In this document: piece after piece, positions 16,675 to 24,251 of the stretch
Layout: each line of letters starts with the position of its first letter
Numbering within the stretch: the first letter of the stretch is position 1
Made by a program: the position numbers and the translations under genes
Assembly (NCBI GenBank): GCA_049967655.1
Contig: JBMFSH010000035.1
Coordinates: 1-25,993, forward strand
DNA length: 25,993 nt
Source: Acidobacteriota bacterium
GTDB taxonomy: Bacteria > Acidobacteriota > UBA4820 > DSQY01
Reading direction: 5' to 3'
The notes under the pieces: model-generated
Seen by the model: the letters and a program-made list of their open reading frames with translations, nothing else
Told to the model about the DNA's origin: nothing
Database searches by the model: none

Positions 16675-16713
16675 CGGGCTCGGCGGGAAGGCATTTCCCA
16701 GAGTCGGGTGTTG

Positions 16714-17553
16714 ATGATGACCTTTCAGGGCTCACTCAAGGAACTGCACCTGCCGGACGTCATCCAGCTCGTCTCCGTGTCGGGCAAGACCGGGTGCTTC
16801 CACCTCGACCGGGAGGGTGAGGCGGGCGCCATCTACCTGGAAAACGGCCGCATCGTCCACGCCTCCCTGGGAAAGCTCGCTGGCGAGGAGGCCGTCTACG
16901 CCCTCTCCACCTGGTCCGAGGGCAGCTTCCACTTCCGCCCTGGCGACGCGGCCCCCGCCCACACCATCACCAAGAACAACACCAACCTGCTCATGGAGGC
17001 GGCGCGCCGGATGGACGAGTGGCGCGTGCTCTCCAAGAAGATCCCCTCCCTGGACAGGGTGCCCCGCTTTCAGGTGCCCGAAGGCAAGCAGGGACAGATC
17101 AACCTGAACACCCAGGAGTGGCTCATCCTCAGCAAGATAGACGGCAAGGCCGACATCGAGACCATCGCCGAGCGGCTCGAGCTCTCCACCTTCGAGGTCG
17201 CCAAGCTCCTGTACGGGCTGGTCACCATGGGGCTGATCGTGCTGGACGCGCCGGCGCCGCGGCCCGCCGACGGTGGGCGCCACGACGAGGTGGAGGAGCG
17301 CCTCCTCCGCCTGGTGGAGCGCCTGCGGGACGAGGCCTTCGCCGTCCTCGGCGAGGCGGGCAGGCCCGTGGTCCAAATGGCCTTCGCCGAGGCCGACCGC
17401 GGAGTCCGCGATGGGCAGGGCACGGAGGCGGTGCAGTCCATGTGTCAGACGGTCATCCAGCACGCCGCCCAGTCCGGCGGCCCCGACGTCCAACGCCAGG
17501 TGGCCGAGCGCTTCCGGGATATCCTCTCCTCCTGGAACGCCGGAGCCTTTTGA
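16714..17553 (+). CDS. DUF4388 (PatA-N) domain protein with a winged-helix-like middle region
   Basis: FQGSLKELHLPDVIQLV...KTGCF...GAIYLENGRIVHA...GEEAVY...WSEGSFHF...LLMEAARRMDEW, then LNTQEWLILSKIDG...AKLLYGLVTMGLI. Start is ATG 16714 or 16717. Confidence 0.85.
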   Translation: MMTFQGSLKELHLPDVIQLVSVSGKTGCFHLDREGEAGAIYLENGRIVHASLGKLAGEEAVYALSTWSEGSFHFRPGDAAPAHTITKNNTNLLMEAARRMDEWRVLSKKIPSLDRVPRFQVPEGKQGQINLNTQEWLILSKIDGKADIETIAERLELSTFEVAKLLYGLVTMGLIVLDAPAPRPADGGRHDEVEERLLRLVERLRDEAFAVLGEAGRPVVQMAFAEADRGVRDGQGTEAVQSMCQTVIQHAAQSGGPDVQRQVAERFRDILSSWNAGAF

Positions 17554-17646
17554 TCCGTTGTTGAAAACCGGGAAGGGGCCCGAGGCCGCGCCGAGAACGA
17601 AGGGCGGCGGGCGGCGGGCCGCGCCCGGCGCCATTCCGGAGGTTCG

Positions 17647-18282
17647 ATGCGCACCCTGATCGTGGTCCGCCACGGCGAGACGGAGTGGAATTCGGAGAAG
17701 CGGATCCAGGGCTCCGTCAACGTGCCGCTCTCGCCGAAGGGCATCGGCCAGGCGGAGGCGCTCGCCGAGACCATGGCCAGGGAGGCGTGGCGCTTCGACC
17801 GGGTCTACACCTCCGATCTCGACCGCTCCCGAACCACGGCCCAGATTCTCGCCGACCGCCTGGAGATCCCGGTGCTCGTCACCTCGCCCCTCCTCCGCGA
17901 GCTCCACTGCGGCCTGTGGGAGGGCCGGGCCATCGAGGAGCTGCGCACCCGCGAGCCCGAGGCCTACGCCTCGTGGCTGGATGACCCCGAGTGGGCCATC
18001 CCCGGGGGCGAGTCGGTCTCCGAACTCTACGGCCGGGTGGTCACCTTCTTCAAGGAGCAGAAGGCCACGCTGGAGGGCTGCCGCGACGTGCTCCTGGTGG
18101 CCCACGGCCTGGCGAACCGGATGATCCTGGCGGCCCTCATGAAGATAGAGCCCCAGCGCGCCCGCTACTTCATTCAGGACAACACGGCCATCAACGTCTT
18201 CAGCTGGCACTCCAACGGGCGGATCTACTGCGAGGGGTGGAACGCCACCTGCCACCTGGAACAGGAGAGCGAGGACGTGTGA
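17647..18282 (+). CDS. Histidine phosphatase family protein (phosphoglycerate mutase-like)
   Basis: VRHGETEWN; YTSDLDRS; LRELHCGLWEG; PGGES; LVAHG; GGAGG RBS. Confidence 0.92.
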   Translation: MRTLIVVRHGETEWNSEKRIQGSVNVPLSPKGIGQAEALAETMAREAWRFDRVYTSDLDRSRTTAQILADRLEIPVLVTSPLLRELHCGLWEGRAIEELRTREPEAYASWLDDPEWAIPGGESVSELYGRVVTFFKEQKATLEGCRDVLLVAHGLANRMILAALMKIEPQRARYFIQDNTAINVFSWHSNGRIYCEGWNATCHLEQESEDV

Positions 18283-18454
18283 GCCGGGCGTGGCCCCGGC
18301 TTAACCACAGAGACACAGAGGGGAGAATGACCAGAGGACGGGGAAGCGGCGAGGCGGCAGGATCAGGCGAGTCCGTTGGAGCCGTCGCCCGACGGCGACC
18401 GCCCCTCGCCTCACCGCCCCCGTTTCGTGCCCTCCTCCCCAAGGAGGTCCGACC

Positions 18455-20560
18455 ATGTTGACGGCCCTATCCGCGTGGCAGGAGGCCCTGTCGGCCGAGA
18501 TCAAGGCCCGCTTCGGGGTGGCGCTCGATCCCGCCCAGATCCCCTTCACCTTTCCGCCCAAGACCGAGCTGGGAGACGCGGCCACCACCGTGGCCTTCGC
18601 GCTGGCCAAGACCCTGAGGCGCCCGCCGGCCGAGATCGCCGGCGCCCTCGCGGGAACCCGACTGCCGGGTGTTCGCGAGATCCGGACCGCGGGCGGATAC
18701 ATGAACCTCTTCCTAGACCGGGGCTGGGCGGTGGAGCGCCTGCTCTCCCGTGGCTTCCTGCCCGCGGGCGTCGAGGGCAAGATCATCGTCGAGCACACCA
18801 ACATCAACCCCAACAAGGCCGCCCACGTGGGCCACCTGCGCAACGCCGTCCTCGGCGACACCCTCGTGCGCTGCCTGCGCTACCTCGGCCGGAAGGTGGA
18901 GGTCCAGAACTACATCGACGACACCGGCGTCCAGGTGGCCGACGTGGTCGTGGGGTTCCAGCGGGTGAAGCGGGTTCCCCTGGCGTCGGTGAAGGAGCTG
19001 GCGGCGGAGTTGACCTCCTTCAGGCCCGAACGGCCAAGCCCCCTGCTGGAGGATCTCGTGGCGCATTGGCGCTCGGCCCTGCCGGGGCTGCTCGCTCGCC
19101 ACGCCGAATGGGGCCCCGTCGCGCCCGAACTGGGACGGTGCCTCGGGCGCTTCGACGCCTTCTGCTGGGAGCTCTACGCCCAGGTCGCCCCCTGGTACGG
19201 CCAGGACGAAGCCCGCAAGGCGGCGCGCCTGGAGACCCTGCACCTCATGGAGGAGGGCGGCAACGAGACGGCCGAGATGGCGGCCCTCGTGGCCGAGGAG
19301 ATGGTCCGCTGCCACCTGCGCACCATGGAGCGCCTCGGCATCCGCTACGACGTCCTGCCCCACGAGAGCGACATCCTCAAGATTGGCTTCTGGGCCTCCT
19401 GCTTCGAGAAGCTCAAGGCGAGCGGCGCCGTCCACCGTGTGCCCGACGACTCGGAGGACAAGAACCGCGGCTGCTGGGTCATGGCCCTTCAGGAGTCGGA
19501 GGAGTTCAAGGGCATGTCCGACGCCGACAAGGTCATCGTCCGCTCCAACGGCACCGTGACCTACATCGGCAAGGACATGGCCTACCAGCTCTGGAAGTTC
19601 GGCCTGCTGGGCCGGGACTTCCACTACCGCCCGTTCCCCGGCGCCCCCTATCCCATCTGGCGCACCGACGCCGTCTCCTCAGAACCCGGCGCTCCCTCGT
19701 GCGGAGGCGGGCAGGCGGTCTACAACGTCATCGACGTGCGCCAGTCCTACCTCCAGAAGATCGTGAAGGAGGGGCTCCGGCAGATGGGCTACGAGAAGGA
19801 GGCCGAGCGCTCCGTCCACTACGCCTACGAGATGGTGGCGCTGGCCACCAAGTTCGTGCGCTCCGAGATGGAGAAGGGCGCCCGCTTCGAGCTCTCCGAG
19901 GAGGAGCTGGCTAAGCCCTTCGTGGAGATGTCGGGGCGGAAGGGTCTCGGCTTCCAGGCCGACCTCCTGCTGGACCGGATGAAGGACCGCGCCCTCTCCG
20001 AGATCGAGTCCCGCGAGCCCGAGCTGGCGACCACCGACCGGGCGCAGCAAGAACACCGCGCCGAGGCCCTCGCCACCGCCGCCCTCCGCTTCTACATGGT
20101 CAAGTACAACAAGAACCAGGTGGTGGCCTTCGACCTCGAACAGGCCCTCGCCTTCGAGGGAGACACCGGCCCCTACCTCCAGTACGCCTGCGTACGGGCC
20201 GAGAACATCCTCCGGAAGGCCGCCGAGCAGGGCCTCGCCGTGCCCGACCCCGCCGACCCCGCCGCGCTCTCCGAGTGCGCCCCCCACTTCGACGAGGAGG
20301 GCTGGGGCCTGCTCTCGCTCTTCATGCGCGTGCCCATCCAGGTGAAGATGGCCGTGGACTCCCTCGACCTGAACATCGTCGCCCGCCAGCTCTACGACTC
20401 CGCCCAGGCCTTCCACGCCTACTACCACCACTTCCCCGTCATCCAGGAGCCCGCCCCCGCCAAGCGCGCCGCCCGCCTCCTCACCGTAGCCCTCTTCGCC
20501 CGCCTGCTCCGCGAGGGCCTGAACCAGCTCCTCGGCATCCCCGTCCCAGAGAGGATGTGA
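18455..20560 (+). CDS. argS: Arginine--tRNA ligase
   Basis: EHTNINPNKAAHVGHLRN (HIGH); NYIDDTGVQ; RSNGTVTYIGKD; YNVIDVRQ; EMSGRKG; FEGDTGPYLQYA; C-terminal PERM; AAGGAGG RBS. Confidence 0.97.
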   Translation: MLTALSAWQEALSAEIKARFGVALDPAQIPFTFPPKTELGDAATTVAFALAKTLRRPPAEIAGALAGTRLPGVREIRTAGGYMNLFLDRGWAVERLLSRGFLPAGVEGKIIVEHTNINPNKAAHVGHLRNAVLGDTLVRCLRYLGRKVEVQNYIDDTGVQVADVVVGFQRVKRVPLASVKELAAELTSFRPERPSPLLEDLVAHWRSALPGLLARHAEWGPVAPELGRCLGRFDAFCWELYAQVAPWYGQDEARKAARLETLHLMEEGGNETAEMAALVAEEMVRCHLRTMERLGIRYDVLPHESDILKIGFWASCFEKLKASGAVHRVPDDSEDKNRGCWVMALQESEEFKGMSDADKVIVRSNGTVTYIGKDMAYQLWKFGLLGRDFHYRPFPGAPYPIWRTDAVSSEPGAPSCGGGQAVYNVIDVRQSYLQKIVKEGLRQMGYEKEAERSVHYAYEMVALATKFVRSEMEKGARFELSEEELAKPFVEMSGRKGLGFQADLLLDRMKDRALSEIESREPELATTDRAQQEHRAEALATAALRFYMVKYNKNQVVAFDLEQALAFEGDTGPYLQYACVRAENILRKAAEQGLAVPDPADPAALSECAPHFDEEGWGLLSLFMRVPIQVKMAVDSLDLNIVARQLYDSAQAFHAYYHHFPVIQEPAPAKRAARLLTVALFARLLREGLNQLLGIPVPERM

Positions 20561-20600
20561 CGCCGTAGGCGTTATTCCGTGGGCCGCGTTCCCATTTCGC

Positions 20601-20721
20601 GTCATTCCGTGGCCTCCTTCAAAGGGCTGCTGACACGGAATCCCGCCGCCGCGAGACTGCGCGGTTCCGGACCCGGCGGGATCCTGAGCCAGGAGCCCTC
20701 TGAAGCGGGCCTCGGGATGAC
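20601..20721. repeat. Palindromic REP/MITE-like element (GTCAT...ATGAC type)
   Basis: Ends GTCATTCCG / CGGGATGAC; inner inverted repeats ATCCCGCCG / CGGCGGGAT and TTCCGTG / CACGGAA. Confidence 0.6.
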
Positions 20722-20768
20722 ACCTCTGCGCGCTTCTCCTGTATACTCCGTGGTGAAAAGGGAGGCCC

Positions 20769-21668
20769 ATGGCGAAGATCCTGTTGGTGGTGAATCCCGT
20801 GGCCGGCCGGGGGAAGACCCTGCGCGCGCTGCCGAAGATCGAGGCGCGCCTGCGGGAGCTCGGCATCGAGTACGACCTCACGCGGACCGAATACCCGGAC
20901 CACGCCGCCGAGATATCGCGGCGGGCCGCGGAGGAGGGCTACGACATCGTGGCCTGCGTGGGCGGCGACGGAACCGTGAGCGAGACGGGCCGCGGGCTCA
21001 TCGGCACCCAGGCCGCGCTGGCCCTGCTCCCCGAGGGGACGGGCAACGACTTCGCCCGCGCGCTGGGGGTCTACCGGAAGCTCGACCTGGCCATCCGCGC
21101 GCTCAAGGAGGGCACCATCCAGCCCATCGACGTGGGCCGCTTCGGCCCCCACACCTTCCTGAACACCGTGGGCGTGGGCTTCGACGGACAAGTGACCCAC
21201 GACAACCTGAAGGTCAAGAAGCTCACGGGCATCTTCTCCTACCTCGTGGTGGTCATGAAGATCCTGCCCACCTACAAAAACCCCTCCTTCCACCTCAAGG
21301 CGCGCGACTGGGAGTTCAAGAGCAAGGGGGTCCTGGTGGAGTTCGGGAACGGCCAGTGCGCCGGCGGCGGCTTCTTCCTCACGCCCCACGCCGACCTCCA
21401 GGATGGCCTCCTGGACGTGACCCTGCTGGGCGACTACGGCCCCATGCAGCGCTTTGTGGCCCTGCCCATGGTGCTCCTTCGCCGCATGAAGATGCTCAAG
21501 GGCGTGCAATCCTTCAAGACCGACATCCTCCAGATCGCCGTGGACCGTCCCACCTACATCCACGTGGACGGCAACCTCCGCCAGATGACCGAGCCCGCCA
21601 TCGTCGAGATTCTCCCCAAGGCCCTCAGGGTCGTCTTCCCGCCGAAGGGGGAGGACGCTATACGCTAG
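20769..21668 (+). CDS. Diacylglycerol kinase family lipid kinase (YegS/BmrU/DagK-like)
   Basis: VVNPVAGRG; VGGDGTVSE; LPEGTGNDFARALG; IDVG; FLNTVGVGFD; DGLLDV; HVDG; GGGAGG RBS. Confidence 0.93.
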   Translation: MAKILLVVNPVAGRGKTLRALPKIEARLRELGIEYDLTRTEYPDHAAEISRRAAEEGYDIVACVGGDGTVSETGRGLIGTQAALALLPEGTGNDFARALGVYRKLDLAIRALKEGTIQPIDVGRFGPHTFLNTVGVGFDGQVTHDNLKVKKLTGIFSYLVVVMKILPTYKNPSFHLKARDWEFKSKGVLVEFGNGQCAGGGFFLTPHADLQDGLLDVTLLGDYGPMQRFVALPMVLLRRMKMLKGVQSFKTDILQIAVDRPTYIHVDGNLRQMTEPAIVEILPKALRVVFPPKGEDAIR

Positions 21669-21772
21669 ACCCTAGACGCGAAGGAGGACTCACCACCGAG
21701 AGCACGGAGAGCACGGAGAGCTGGGGGGCTGAGGGGCTGAGGCCCCGGCACGGCACCCATGCCCCGGTCCCC

Positions 21773-21894
21773 CGTCATCCTGACGACCACCCGCAGGGGG
21801 CTCCCCCGGAAGGATCTCGGGCGGGGTCGCGGGCACCTTCCACCCTTGAGATCCATCGTTTGCGGACCTTCGCAAAGGCGCCCTCAGGATGACG
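21773..21894. repeat. Palindromic REP/MITE-like element (GTCAT...ATGAC type)
   Basis: Perfect 11-bp terminal inverted repeat CGTCATCCTGA / TCAGGATGACG; inner inverted repeat GGATCTC / GAGATCC. Confidence 0.7.
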
Positions 21895-21966
21895 CCACGC
21901 CGGCGAGCCCCGGCGGCGACCTGGCCAGGAAGGGAGCTGTCTCCAGGGTTGGGGACGGGGTGAGTC

Positions 21967-22071
21967 CTATTCCTCTGGCCTCTCGGGTAGCTGCGCGCCG
22001 TGCCAAACCGCGACCACCCAAACGGTCTTGCCCCTGAGTCGGTAGAAGAAGCGGTACGGATTCACGGTCAC
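21967..22071 (-). pseudogene. RelE/ParE-family toxin remnant (34 codons, C-terminal part only)
   Basis: Translated by hand: VTVNPYRFFYRLRGKTVWVVAVWHGAQLPERPEE*, matching the ParE/RelE C-terminal pattern (PYRxxYR...VxVxAVxH). GTGA overlap with the antitoxin stop. Confidence 0.75.
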
Positions 22072-22241
22072 TCCTGGCTCAGAATCGCGTCGGCCTCTCT
22101 GAGAACCTCATCGAGATCGTGCCCCTTGCCGCTCGCGATCTCCTTCTCACCCCTGGCCAGGAGCCGAAGGATCTCCAGTTCGTTCTGAGAATGCTTGTAC
22201 GCCTCGATGCTCAGCATGACCGCGGCGACGCGGCCCCTCTC
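22068..22241 (-). pseudogene. Phd/YefM-family antitoxin remnant lacking its N-terminus
   Basis: RGRVAAVMLSIEAYKHSQNELEILRLLARGEKEIASGKGHDLDEVLREADAILSQE*. Upstream sequence is a 7-mer repeat tract rather than the Phd N-terminus. Confidence 0.75.
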
Positions 22242-22250
22242 CGGTTTCTC

Positions 22251-22303
22251 CGCCTCGCGCGTTTCGCGTTTCGCTTCTAGCGTCTCACGCCTCGCGCGTC
22301 TCG
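22251..22303. repeat. Degenerate 7-mer tandem repeat (CGYYTCG)
   Basis: cgcctcg..cgtttcg cgtttcg cttctag cgtctca cgcctcg..cgtctcg. Confidence 0.75.
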
Positions 22304-22306
22304 CTG

Positions 22307-22792
22307 CTACGGCTGCGCGCCGGCGCGGGGGACGGCGGGCGCGCTGGCGACGTGGCTCACTCCGATGCCCTCCTCGAAGACGAGGCGCCCGCCGTAGAAG
22401 GCGGTGACGACCACGAGGAGAGCGGCCGCGAGGGCGAGGACGGCGATGGTCCAGAGGCTCTGGCCCTCGTACTCCTTCTTGATGAGGGCGATGCCGGAAA
22501 GGATCCCCAGGGCGATGAGGGCTGCCATGGAGTAGAGGCCGAGGTCTTCGTGGCGGTCCAGGAGGGCCGGGGCGCGCATGAACTGGGCCTGGTCCTCCAT
22601 GACCGAGCGGGCCACCTCGCCCGTGACGTAGGTGGGGATGGAGAAAACGGCCGCCAGGCAGAGGACGACGAGGCCGGCGCGGACGGTGGGGGGCTGGCGG
22701 CGCAGGGTTCCCCAGCCCAAAAGGCCCGTGCCCACGAGGCTGAGGGCGACGGGGAAGTGGACGAACATGGGGTGGAGGTAGGCGAGGTTCAT
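22307..22792 (-). CDS. DUF2231-like membrane protein (161 aa)
   Basis: LHPMFVHFPVAL; TYVTGE; conserved-type His in LDRHEDLG; TAFYGGRLVFEEGIGV; four hydrophobic helices. Confidence 0.85.
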   Translation of the reverse strand: MNLAYLHPMFVHFPVALSLVGTGLLGWGTLRRQPPTVRAGLVVLCLAAVFSIPTYVTGEVARSVMEDQAQFMRAPALLDRHEDLGLYSMAALIALGILSGIALIKKEYEGQSLWTIAVLALAAALLVVVTAFYGGRLVFEEGIGVSHVASAPAVPRAGAQP

Positions 22793-22929
22793 GGGCGTAT
22801 TGAAGCACAACGGAACCGAAAGCGGAATTCGGAAGGCGAAAAGAAGCTCACCACAGAGGCAGAGGGGCAGAGAGAAATCTGAGGTTATGGAAAAGGCGGG
22901 ATGGGGGAGCGCGCTTCTGAGCGCGAACA

Positions 22930-22969
22930 GGGGATGCGGTGAGGAGGTGACGAGGAGATGAGGTGATGA
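22930..22969. repeat. Degenerate 8-mer tandem repeat (GGWGANGA)
   Basis: ggggatgc ggtgagga ggtgacga ggagatga ggtgatga. Confidence 0.7.
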
Positions 22970-23035
22970 AGGCGAGGGGAGGCATTCGAATCGGGGAGGG
23001 CCTCGTAGGAGCGCGCCCCAGCGTGCCACGGTTCA

Positions 23036-23075
23036 CCTAATCGCCCAATCGCTTAATTGCCTAGTCCCCCAATCC
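23036..23075. repeat. Degenerate 8-mer tandem repeat (CCYAATCS)
   Basis: cctaatcg cccaatcg cttaattg cctagtcc cccaatcc. Confidence 0.7.
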
Positions 23076-23086
23076 ACACTTCCTTC

Positions 23087-24118
23087 TCACTTCCCCCACA
23101 CGAGCATGGCGTCGCCGTAGGAGTAGAAGCGGTAGCTGTGCGCCAGGGCCTCGGCGTAGGCGGCGAGGGTGCGCTCGCGGCCGGCGAGGGCGGAGACGAG
23201 CATGATGAGGGTGGAGCCGGGGAGGTGGAAGTTGGTGACGAGGCCGGTGACGGCGCGGAACTCATAGCCGGGACGGATGAAGAGGTCGGTCTCGAACTCG
23301 CCGGCCTCAAAGCGCGGGAAGCGGCGGAGCTGGTCCTCCAGGGTGCGCGTGACGGTAGTGCCCACGGCCACGATGCGGCGGCCGGCCGATAGGGCGCGGT
23401 TCAGCGCCGCGGCGGTCTCCGTGCCGAGGGCGTAGGGCTCGAAATCCATGCGGTGGTCCTCCACGCGCTCCGCGGTGACCGGCTTGAAGGTGCCGGGGCC
23501 CACGTCCAGGCGGATGGAGGCCAGCTCGACGCCCCTCGCCCGCAGGGCCGCGAGCACGCGCGGCGTGAAGTGAAGGCCGGCGGTGGGGGCGGCCACGGAG
23601 CGGCCCTCGCGCGCGTAGACCGTCTGGTAGCGCCGCGCGTCCCGCCGGTCGTCTTCGCGGTTGATGTAGGGCGGAAGGGGCACGTGGCCGAAGCGGCGCA
23701 GGATCTGCTCCATGGTGGCGCCCACGGCCCTGACGAGGCGCCGCCCCTCGCCCAGGCGGTCCACCAGCTCGATCCCGCGGCCCTTCTCGTCGAAGAGAAT
23801 CGTGTCGCCAGGTCGGAGCCGCTTGCCGGGTTTCACCATGGCCTCCCATTCCCCCGGTTCGGAGGCCGGGCGCAGGAGGAAGACCTCGGCGCGGCCGCCC
23901 CCCCTGCGGTTTCCCAGGAGGCGGGCGCGCACCACGCGGCTGTGGTTCACGACGAGCAGGTCTCCCGGCGCCAGGAGACCCGGCAGGTCGCGGAAGCGGC
24001 GGTGCAGGAGGGGGCCCTCCGGAGGAAGGACGAGCAGGCGTGAGGCGTCCCGGGGCCTGGCCGGGAACTGGGCGATGCGCTCGGGGGGCAGGTCGTAGTG
24101 GAAGTCGCGCAGGTCCAT
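23087..24118 (-). CDS. queA: S-adenosylmethionine:tRNA ribosyltransferase-isomerase
   Basis: DFHYDLPPERIAQFP; GHVPLPPYI; YQTVYA; SVAAPTAGLHFT; AVGTT; TNFHLPGSTL; YRFYSYGDAM. Confidence 0.97.
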   Translation of the reverse strand: MDLRDFHYDLPPERIAQFPARPRDASRLLVLPPEGPLLHRRFRDLPGLLAPGDLLVVNHSRVVRARLLGNRRGGGRAEVFLLRPASEPGEWEAMVKPGKRLRPGDTILFDEKGRGIELVDRLGEGRRLVRAVGATMEQILRRFGHVPLPPYINREDDRRDARRYQTVYAREGRSVAAPTAGLHFTPRVLAALRARGVELASIRLDVGPGTFKPVTAERVEDHRMDFEPYALGTETAAALNRALSAGRRIVAVGTTVTRTLEDQLRRFPRFEAGEFETDLFIRPGYEFRAVTGLVTNFHLPGSTLIMLVSALAGRERTLAAYAEALAHSYRFYSYGDAMLVWGK

Positions 24119-24159
24119 AGGGAGAGAGGATAAAGGGAAACGGGGCCGACGGGAAGGGG

Positions 24160-24215
24160 GGAACTAGGAGTGGGAAGCGGGGAGTGAGGAGTTAAGAGTA
24201 AAGAGTAAACAGTAA
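24160..24215. repeat. Degenerate 7-mer tandem repeat (RGAGTNR), 8 units
   Basis: ggaacta ggagtgg gaagcgg ggagtga ggagtta agagtaa agagtaa acagtaa. Confidence 0.75.
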
Positions 24216-24251
24216 AGTGGCGGGTGCGGGTGTCTCCCGTCTCCCGTCCGG

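Noticed and set aside
17647..18282. Calling the histidine phosphatase CobC because it is near the btu operon
   Set aside because: It is separated from btu by another promoter and gene, no other cob genes are present, and the family motifs do not determine substrate.
20717..20747. Promoter for the DAG kinase gene (ATGACA...TATACT)
   Set aside because: The -10 is good, but the spacer is 19 nt and the -35 is part of a repeat end; support is insufficient.
22068..22808. 246-aa minus-strand ORF as a real gene
   Set aside because: It is a chimera of an alternate frame of the DUF2231 gene, a repeat tract and the antitoxin remnant.
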